Shown here piece after piece: positions 56,738 through 64,000 of a stretch of DNA of 64,000 nucleotides (its first letter is position 1; every line of letters starts with the position of its first letter). A program made the position numbers and the translations under genes. The stretch is from an uncultured Mycoplasmatota bacterium (GTDB lineage: Bacteria; Bacillota_I; Bacilli_A; RF39; UBA660). The stretch covers positions 1,417 through 65,416 of the forward strand of contig CANSRH010000009.1 of assembly GCA_947649365.1 (NCBI GenBank), in the 5' to 3' direction. The notes below the pieces were generated by a model. It was not told the DNA's origin and ran no database searches. It saw nothing but the letters and a program-made list of their open reading frames with translations.

Positions 56738-57517
56738 TTATCTTGGATAACCCACATACATAAGTCCATTACTAATTAAACCACCCATCCCATCGCTACC
56801 ATACTTCGTTTTTTCAAGCAAGGTAAACAAATCAACCATCTTACTTCTTTCCGTTAACGATAAAGTAGTTGCAATAATAGCTGGATCCAAACAATGAATG
56901 TTCACTCTTTTAGGACTTGATGCAAAATTTGCACCCGCTTTAATCAGTTCCTCATAATTACTTTGACATGCTCCAGCAATAATAACTAATTTTTCATGAC
57001 TTTTTTCATATCTTCGACATTCACGAACCGCTTTAATAAAATTTTCTGTATTCTTATAATTTCGCAGATCATGAACATCACCCTTTTTAGAATAATAAGC
57101 ATCATGTCCTGTAATAATCACAATATCCGGTTTATATTCTACAAGTAAATCCCTAATTTTAGTAGCAATCTCAACTTCGCTTATTTTTTTACCAATAGCT
57201 AAAATATTATGCTTCTTGTAATAATCCAAACAGCGTTTTAGATATTCAGCATCTCCATCAATATGCAATACTTTTCCTGGCAAATAAAAAAACTCACTTC
57301 GATCCAAAAAGTCATCTTCCAAAGAATCGCTATCATCTTCTAAACGTTCTTGTTCTTCTTTTGTAGCTATCACCAAATCTTCTTTCTCACTATCTGCATA
57401 CAATCGAACATCCATTCCCTTTAAATAACAAATATTGCCTTTAATATTCATTACTTTAAACAAAGTGTCATGATCATAACTCTTCCGCGTGACTAAGTCT
57501 CCTTTTTTAATAGGCAT
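56738..57517 (-). CDS. yabG: sporulation-specific protease YabG
   Basis: MPIKKGDLVTRKSYDHDTLFKV... and IITGHDAY, GACQS motifs. Confidence 0.88.
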   Translation of the reverse strand: MPIKKGDLVTRKSYDHDTLFKVMNIKGNICYLKGMDVRLYADSEKEDLVIATKEEQERLEDDSDSLEDDFLDRSEFFYLPGKVLHIDGDAEYLKRCLDYYKKHNILAIGKKISEVEIATKIRDLLVEYKPDIVIITGHDAYYSKKGDVHDLRNYKNTENFIKAVRECRRYEKSHEKLVIIAGACQSNYEELIKAGANFASSPKRVNIHCLDPAIIATTLSLTERSKMVDLFTLLEKTKYGSDGMGGLISNGLMYVGYPR

Positions 57518-57650
57518 TTTGCATCACCAATATAATATATGCAATTACAATTACTTTTTGTACTTATTAATAAAAAGAAGTCATTTCAAGACTTTCCATT
57601 TATCGAATTTATTAAATATACCTAGACTTTTCACAAAATGACTATTGAAA

Positions 57651-60278
57651 TTACTTCATTTGCCTTAATTTTTTCATTAACTCTACTGAAAAATTTTTTT
57701 CTACTTCATAATTATGAAGCACCTCTTCGATTGCTATCTCAATTCTACTATCTTGCATAAAAGGATATTTTGTTTTCATTTTTTTTACAAAAATATTATT
57801 AATATGCATAAGAATATTTAAAGATTCGTCACTATCTGGATCAATTTTATATTTATTTGCAAGAAAATTTAGAATAATAGCTTCAATCTTAAATTGACAA
57901 AAATAGTTTATATTAATACCTTCATCTTGAACATAACTATATATTACCTCACATATAATATTTTCTAATTCTTCAGAAGAAAATACTTCTCCATACAAAG
58001 CGTAAAAACGATTATATAATTCAATTTTTAAATTAATTGCTTTTTGATTCTCCATAACTTTTTGATGGTCTATTAATAGTGCTCTTTTCTTACTTATCGA
58101 TTGACTTTGGTCTTCTTCTAGTTTTATTTTTTGCTTTTTAGAAATAGTTTGTGGTTCTGTGTCTTTTACTTTTGATTTTATTTTCTCTTGTGATTCAATA
58201 GAAATACTAGTTGTATCCTTTAAATTGCTTTGCAATTTTGATTTCGTTAATTGATTTGTTCTATTTTCCAATAAACTATGAATCCTTTTGCAAATATTAT
58301 AATAACTATAAAAATAATAATTTTCTTTTTTACCTTTTGGTATTTCTGGCCATTCTAAAACCATATCTAAATTATTACCATGACGAGTATAAAGAATTTC
58401 CAGTTGATGTTTATTTAAATAAGTAATAGTCCACAACAAATCTTCCCTTGTTACTTCAGTTAATATATTTTTAGAATTGCTTTTGAATCCTCTTTTGGTC
58501 TTTTTCTTTGCTTCATCAGAAACCTCATTTACAATAACAGACGTTTTTATTTCATTATAAACAGAATCTGAAAAAACAAACGATTCTTCCAACTTCTTAA
58601 TAGATGTCTTTTTAGATGCTTCTTGAAGTTCTTTTTTTGCTATTAAAACTCGATCAATAAACGCATAACTTTGATAATAATTATTCCTATAAAAAGAAAG
58701 TGGTTTATCATCAAAATTTTCTATTTCCGTCCATGAAATAGTTCTATCTAAATCTTTTCCATGACGAAGATAAATGCTTTTTTGAATATTTTTAGAAATT
58801 TTTGGAAGAGCATAAAGTAAATCTTCTTTTGAATATTTATCTATTACACCTTTTTTATTTTCTCTTAAAATTATCCCTAACATAACTTGTTCTAACGCTT
58901 TAATTGCCTTTTGATACATTGCATAATAAGCACCATAACTTTTATTTTCTTGAAATTTATTATATTTATCCAAATTTTTTCCATGACGCAAATAAATTAC
59001 TTTTTGATACTGACTCGGTAATTTTTCAACATATGCATTTAATTGTTCAAAAGATAGAGAAGAATAAATTCCTCTTAGAGATTTTGGATGAATAATAACA
59101 GGCTTTTTTTCTAGTTCCTCTTTTAATTTTCGATAAGCCAGATATAATACAGATAAATTATCGTTTAATTCATTATAAGAAAGAAGATCTTTTCCATGAC
59201 GCATATATAAAATATTTTGAAGTTTAAAACTCAAATTTTGAACAGATCGATTAATTTTTTCTAAAGTATATTCTTCATAACGAAATCGTAAAAAATGTTT
59301 TTTACAATATTTTTTTATTTTTTTAGAGATATTTTTTTCATGTTTGTTCTTTAAATGAAAATAATAAATAAATATTTCTCGTAAATTATTTTCAATTAAT
59401 TCAAGATACTTATTCTCATAATTAGACCCCCCCCCCGACAAGGGCTTAGTATAGATATCATTTTCTCTCAACACAATTCCATTATGTTTTGTATAAAAGG
59501 TAATTTCATGTTTTGGAAAAAAGGAAATAATCATTCTAAATACTTCAGAAGTTAATTTTTCATGTATAGAATGTACATCAAATCTTCTGTAACGATTTTG
59601 ATATTCTTCTACTTCACTAATATGTTTATCTAACCTTATACGTAGTTTTTCTAAGGCTTTTATTTCAATTCTACTAACATAACTCTGAGAGATTCCTAAA
59701 ATTGTTGCCACTTCTCTTTGCGTTAAAATATCTCCGTTAAACCCATATAAGTAAGAAATCACATTATACTCATACTCATTCAGAATTTCCTTCATAGCAC
59801 CTCTAATTTTAGCATTATATCTTTTATTTATAATATGTTCTTCAAAAGCAGCATTAGAATCTTCCAATATATCTAATACCATCAAACCTTTTCCTTCATC
59901 ATCCGTAATAATTGACTCTTCTAAACAAATATCATTAGTGTATTTATTAATTTTTCTTAAAGCCATCAATATTTCATTTGTAATTACACGACCTGCATAA
60001 GTAGAAAATTGTACTTCTTTTTCCAATTTAAATGTATCAACACTTTTTATCAAACCAAATGTAGCAGCAGACATCATATCATCATAATAACATGCTAAAA
60101 CAGAATACTTTTTCATTGTATCGCCAACTTTTTTTATTGCAAATCGAAGATTGTGCTCAATTAGTTTTTCTCTAGCCTTCATATCTCCATTTTTAAATTT
60201 TTCATAATAATTTAAAAATTCTTCTTCTGTTAAATTTATAGGTAAATCTTTTAAATTTCTAAATAATTCTTTGTACAT
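57651..60278 (-). CDS. 875-aa sigma-70-family protein: complete sporulation-type sigma core plus tandem region-4-like repeats
   Basis: Residues 1-215 read GDMKAREKLIEHNLRFAIKKV, FGLIKSVDTF, TYAGRVITNEILMALRK and TQREVATILGISQSYVSRIE. Downstream are four repeats containing (I/L)Y(L/M/T)RHG(K/N).L. Confidence 0.8.
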   Translation of the reverse strand: MYKELFRNLKDLPINLTEEEFLNYYEKFKNGDMKAREKLIEHNLRFAIKKVGDTMKKYSVLACYYDDMMSAATFGLIKSVDTFKLEKEVQFSTYAGRVITNEILMALRKINKYTNDICLEESIITDDEGKGLMVLDILEDSNAAFEEHIINKRYNAKIRGAMKEILNEYEYNVISYLYGFNGDILTQREVATILGISQSYVSRIEIKALEKLRIRLDKHISEVEEYQNRYRRFDVHSIHEKLTSEVFRMIISFFPKHEITFYTKHNGIVLRENDIYTKPLSGGGSNYENKYLELIENNLREIFIYYFHLKNKHEKNISKKIKKYCKKHFLRFRYEEYTLEKINRSVQNLSFKLQNILYMRHGKDLLSYNELNDNLSVLYLAYRKLKEELEKKPVIIHPKSLRGIYSSLSFEQLNAYVEKLPSQYQKVIYLRHGKNLDKYNKFQENKSYGAYYAMYQKAIKALEQVMLGIILRENKKGVIDKYSKEDLLYALPKISKNIQKSIYLRHGKDLDRTISWTEIENFDDKPLSFYRNNYYQSYAFIDRVLIAKKELQEASKKTSIKKLEESFVFSDSVYNEIKTSVIVNEVSDEAKKKTKRGFKSNSKNILTEVTREDLLWTITYLNKHQLEILYTRHGNNLDMVLEWPEIPKGKKENYYFYSYYNICKRIHSLLENRTNQLTKSKLQSNLKDTTSISIESQEKIKSKVKDTEPQTISKKQKIKLEEDQSQSISKKRALLIDHQKVMENQKAINLKIELYNRFYALYGEVFSSEELENIICEVIYSYVQDEGININYFCQFKIEAIILNFLANKYKIDPDSDESLNILMHINNIFVKKMKTKYPFMQDSRIEIAIEEVLHNYEVEKNFSVELMKKLRQMK
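59427..59436 (-). repeat. G10 homopolymer inside the giant sigma gene
   Basis: Ten consecutive C on the plus strand. Read on the minus strand as TCG GGG GGG GGG T (Ser-Gly-Gly-Gly). Confidence 0.95.
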
Positions 60279-60360
60279 TTTGCATCACTTTCTATTTAAT
60301 AAATATTTAATTAAACAACGTATTGCTTATTCTATCATAAAAAATAGATAAAAAATTATA

Positions 60361-60993
60361 CTAATATTTAAAATCTTTCATTTCTCTTTGCATTTTAAGA
60401 AGTAAATCATCAATTTCTTCGACCTCAGAAGAAGCATCCTCTAATTGAAAATCAGATAATATTCGATTCAATCTTTCCATTAACGTCTCTTCTCTATTAT
60501 AATTAGGAGGATAAAATCCCAACTTCCCATTTAAAATATCTATGGCAGGCTTTACATGCTCCTCTTTTATTCCATCACAAGTTTCTATAAAAACCTGGTG
60601 CTCCACTAAACTACAAATAATATTATCATCTTCTATAATCACAAAATCTGTTATTTCGGGATGAGCATTTAAATAAGCATGGATTTCCAATTCTCTTTCC
60701 ATAAAAATATTATCTGTTCTAATAAAAGGCGTATAGCCATAAATATCAATACCCCTTTCTATTAAAGAACAAATATAACGCTTATAACAAAAAGAAGTTT
60801 CTAAATGAATTGAACCTTGCACCAAAGCATTATCTCTTTTTTGAGAAGAAACAACTACTTTTGAACCAGTAACATCTATAACTCGTTTCAATTCTTTTAC
60901 AAACTGTTCTTTTACAAACTGTTCTTTTACATAAATACCATCCAAAGAATTATCATTGACTACACCATCAAGATCTAAAAAAATCACTTTCAT
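60361..60993 (-). CDS. HAD-like phosphatase-domain protein
   Basis: VIFLDLDGVVN (DxDG) at the N-terminus. Confidence 0.6.
   Translation of the reverse strand: MKVIFLDLDGVVNDNSLDGIYVKEQFVKEQFVKELKRVIDVTGSKVVVSSQKRDNALVQGSIHLETSFCYKRYICSLIERGIDIYGYTPFIRTDNIFMERELEIHAYLNAHPEITDFVIIEDDNIICSLVEHQVFIETCDGIKEEHVKPAIDILNGKLGFYPPNYNREETLMERLNRILSDFQLEDASSEVEEIDDLLLKMQREMKDFKY
60894..60930. repeat. 15-bp tandem repeat (about 2.5 copies) in the HAD-like gene
   Basis: CTTTTACAAACTGTT repeated, giving VKEQFVKEQFVKE in the protein. Confidence 0.9.
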
Positions 60994-61784
60994 ACAATCG
61001 ATCCTTTATATTGATTCACTAACTTATAAAAATCACACTTTTTAATTTCTTCTGCTCGAACAATTTCACTATATCCTAATTTATTCAATATCTCCTTTAC
61101 TTTCTCCCAATCATAACCATTCAAATTATTCTTTAATGTTTTTCTTTTATTTTGAAAAGCATCATGAACAAATTGCAAGAAAAACTCCTTATCTTCTACT
61201 TCCATCTGGTCTTTTTTTCTTAAACGTATCAAAGCACTATCTACATTAGGAACAGGAACAAAATGATTTCGATCCACTAAAAACAAAAGTTCTGCATCAT
61301 AAAGATAAGAAATAGCCAAAGTAAAAGCATTGTAATCCCGAGTAGATGCCTCTGCTGTAATTCGTTTTGCAACCTCTTTTTGTACAAGCAAAACAATTTC
61401 TTTTGGTTTTTCTTCCAATTCTATTAACTTAGTAATAATGGGAGAAGTAATATAATAAGGAATATTTGCTACCACATAAATAGTTTGAAAAGGATAGTTT
61501 TTACTATCTTCTTTTATATCTCGTTTTAAAAAATCATCAAAAATAACATGACTTCTCTTTGTATTATACTTATCCAAATAACTTTTCATTCTTGGGTCAA
61601 TTTCATAGCATAACAAATAAGAGTCTTTTTTATACAAATATTCTGTTAAAGCTCCCATTCCTGGACCGATTTCAATCACCAAATCATCCGATTGACAAAC
61701 AATCGAACCCGCAATTCTCTCCAAAATTTCTTGTGTTTTTAAAAAATTTTGTCCATATTTTTTTTTCGCTTTTATATATTCCAC
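60990..61784 (-). CDS. rsmA: 16S rRNA (adenine1518/1519-N6)-dimethyltransferase
   Basis: YGQNFL and VIEIGPGMGALT. Confidence 0.95.
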   Translation of the reverse strand: MEYIKAKKKYGQNFLKTQEILERIAGSIVCQSDDLVIEIGPGMGALTEYLYKKDSYLLCYEIDPRMKSYLDKYNTKRSHVIFDDFLKRDIKEDSKNYPFQTIYVVANIPYYITSPIITKLIELEEKPKEIVLLVQKEVAKRITAEASTRDYNAFTLAISYLYDAELLFLVDRNHFVPVPNVDSALIRLRKKDQMEVEDKEFFLQFVHDAFQNKRKTLKNNLNGYDWEKVKEILNKLGYSEIVRAEEIKKCDFYKLVNQYKGSIV

Positions 61785-61813
61785 AAATTTTTCCTTCTTT
61801 CAAAAAAAATGGC

Positions 61814-62353
61814 TTATTGCCATCCATTTCTTAAAACATCGTAAGTAATCACAGAACGACCTACATACGTATTCGCATAACTTACCTCAGGTGTTAATAA
61901 ATCAATATCATTTCCTAAAACTCCACGATCGAGAACAATTGCTATAATTGGATCTTCTGAAATTCTTGCTTTTTGAAAACGAATAATACTACCACAAGGT
62001 AAATTTTTGCTAGAAGCAACAATACGTACATTCCCATAAGACAAATCTTGATAAGTATCTGTTCCATCCATAACATAATAATTAGGAAGACAAGCAAGAC
62101 GTCCACTACACAAAGGACAATCCGCAGTATAACCTGTTAAATCTCCTGTAAATGTATCTTTCGCACTATATAAATCATTTGCTATATCTTCTTTTAGTTT
62201 AAGAGCCATCGTAGACAAATCGATACTCTTATTATAATTATCATTCAAAACCTTTGTTTCTTTTATATTATTACTAGACTCTACAAAGAAAACCAAAAGG
62301 AGTAATAAAAACAATTGTATTAATTTTTTTATGCTCTTTAGTAAGTTTCGCAT
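61814..62353 (-). CDS. 3D-domain (YabE/MltA-like) secreted protein
   Basis: Signal anchor. C-terminal ...IVLDRGVLGNDIDLL is a 3D-domain pattern. Positioned like B. subtilis yabE. Confidence 0.65.
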   Translation of the reverse strand: MRNLLKSIKKLIQLFLLLLLVFFVESSNNIKETKVLNDNYNKSIDLSTMALKLKEDIANDLYSAKDTFTGDLTGYTADCPLCSGRLACLPNYYVMDGTDTYQDLSYGNVRIVASSKNLPCGSIIRFQKARISEDPIIAIVLDRGVLGNDIDLLTPEVSYANTYVGRSVITYDVLRNGWQ

Positions 62354-62401
62354 TACTTACTTCACCTCGCATTTGTGATAATTATTGTAACAAACAATCC
62401 T

Positions 62402-63163
62402 TTAAATGTCAAAAATACGCTTTATATTTTCATTGGTAATTTTAGCTAAATCTTCCATAGAAACTCCCTTTAATTCACAAATAAATTCTGCAATTGTCTT
62501 GACCTTACTTGGATCATTCTGCTTTCCCCGAAATGGCACAGGAGCAAGATAAGGAGAATCCGTTTCTAGTACAATAGTATGCAAATCAAGTTCTTTTATT
62601 ACTTCTTTTAAATTACAATTTTTAAAAGTAAGCACACCATTAATTCCTAATAAAAAGCCCATTTTTATAAAAATTTTTGCTGTCTCTAAACTTCCACTAA
62701 ACGAATGAATTACCCCTTTAACCTTATATTTTTCTAAACATTGAATCGTATCCAAAGTAGCTTCTCTAGAATGAACAACAACAGGCAAATGGTACTCCTC
62801 TGCTAAACCAAGCTGTGCTTCAAACAGCTTTTTTTGCTCCTCCTTATTTTCCTTATTGTAATAATAATCAAGACCTATTTCTCCTACACCTATAATTTTA
62901 GGGTGAGTTAGATTTTGTTTAATAAATCCCATATCTTTTAAAGTACTATTTCCTATTTCTTCAGGATGAATTCCTAATACTCCATATACTTCTTTTTTTA
63001 AAGTAAGTAACAACACTTCCTGATTGCTTTTTCCAGAACATCCAGCAACAATCATACGATGAACACCATTCTCTTTCGCATGCGCTATAACCTTATCTAT
63101 ATCATCATAATATTCTCGAAACAAATGACAATGTGTATCACAAAACATAAACATTCCCTCCAA
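62402..63163 (-). CDS. tatD: TatD-family metal-dependent hydrolase/DNase
   Basis: CDTHCHL, GEIGLDY, VVHSR and ETDSPY motifs. Confidence 0.92.
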   Translation of the reverse strand: MEGMFMFCDTHCHLFREYYDDIDKVIAHAKENGVHRMIVAGCSGKSNQEVLLLTLKKEVYGVLGIHPEEIGNSTLKDMGFIKQNLTHPKIIGVGEIGLDYYYNKENKEEQKKLFEAQLGLAEEYHLPVVVHSREATLDTIQCLEKYKVKGVIHSFSGSLETAKIFIKMGFLLGINGVLTFKNCNLKEVIKELDLHTIVLETDSPYLAPVPFRGKQNDPSKVKTIAEFICELKGVSMEDLAKITNENIKRIFDI

Positions 63164-63197
63164 AACTACTATAACAAAAAGAAAAGAAGAAGTAAAA

Positions 63198-64000
63198 CTA
63201 CCTCTTCAAAGAAAGTGCAACATCCTTATCACCAAGAGAAGTTCCATAACCAGAACAATTTACCAAATAATGACGTTCTAATGGTAAATAAAGATCTAAT
63301 TTTTTTATAACTTCTAAATCTTTTTTATACTCCTTTAAATCAAAAAATAACAAATTCAAAATACTTTTTGGATCTCCAGCAGCACCATATAAATAATGAA
63401 TAAACGCTTCTCCCTCTGATTTTAAAAGAGGAAAAATACGACTTAACACAAATTTACTATATTGTTTCGGTGAACATTTCAAATAATAATAAATATTTGA
63501 AAGATAAATAAAATCAAATTTTTCTTTATTATCAGAATTTATTTTTATATCCAAAAGATCAATAGTTTCGTATTGTATTTTTACTTTAGAAATTCTATCT
63601 TTAACTTGATAATATCCTTGTTTTGAATAAATAGAACAACAAAAATCTATTATTTCAGAATGATGTTTAGCATCAAAAAGGCTATAATAAATATCTTGAG
63701 AAAAAGAAAAATCAAACAAACTATCCCAAAATTGCAAATAATCTCCACTTAAACCTTCACGTACTTTATTATACAAATACATAGGAAACATCTTTTTATA
63801 AAAATCACAAAACTCTTCATACTCTAAAGTCATAATGGCTGCAAATTTTAATGCACTACCATATTTCGCTAAACAATTAATATCAAAAGAATAAATTTCC
63901 TTCGCACCATGAAAAATAGTTTCTAGCGATTGATCTCCACTTCCTGTTACAATAAAAGTTGTATCAAATGAATTTTCTACTTGTTTAAACAATTCGGAAC
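63198..64000 (-). CDS. DUF3419/BtaA-like SAM-dependent protein (5' end probably outside window)
   Basis: VTGSGDQSLE...YSFDIN pattern. The frame stays open to the window edge. Confidence 0.45.
   Translation of the reverse strand, partial: SELFKQVENSFDTTFIVTGSGDQSLETIFHGAKEIYSFDINCLAKYGSALKFAAIMTLEYEEFCDFYKKMFPMYLYNKVREGLSGDYLQFWDSLFDFSFSQDIYYSLFDAKHHSEIIDFCCSIYSKQGYYQVKDRISKVKIQYETIDLLDIKINSDNKEKFDFIYLSNIYYYLKCSPKQYSKFVLSRIFPLLKSEGEAFIHYLYGAAGDPKSILNLLFFDLKEYKKDLEVIKKLDLYLPLERHYLVNCSGYGTSLGDKDVALSLKR

Overview
This is a visibly AT-rich 64-kb chromosomal segment from a spore-forming Firmicute. Almost all genes lie on the minus strand. Blocks of gene order match Bacillus subtilis: rlmB-sigH, pcrA-ligA, truA-rplM-rpsI-(small ORF)-cwlD, yabP-yabQ-divIC, and tatD-(3D-domain)-rsmA-...-yabG-veg-spoVG. 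Accessory content sits between these blocks. (1) One cwlC-like amidase gene (Amidase_3 plus four LysM repeats) is cut into three pieces by two unrelated elements that each carry a large serine recombinase. The elements are about 7.5 kb and 9.4 kb. Joining the pieces at the short repeats restores an exact 397-codon ORF, and a sigma-K-like promoter lies upstream, as in skin-type sporulation intervening elements. (2) The 7.5-kb element carries a Dam-like methylase, a small protein, a GHKL-type ATPase and two unknown proteins. I flag this as a candidate undescribed defence system. (3) The 9.4-kb element resembles a mobilizable integrative element, with a MobV relaxase, duplicated oriT-like hairpins, a Fic/VbhA pair, and an APH kinase with a fused hydrolase. 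(4) An 875-aa sigma factor has four to five tandem region-4-like repeats. (5) Two in-frame G10 tracts lie in pssA and in that sigma gene. (6) A thioester-domain adhesin is interrupted by an in-frame TGA and sits next to an atypical sortase. There is also one tRNA-Trp, a lipid-headgroup gene cluster, a degenerate GGDEF protein and a relic ECF ATPase pair. I saw no rRNA genes and no CRISPR array.
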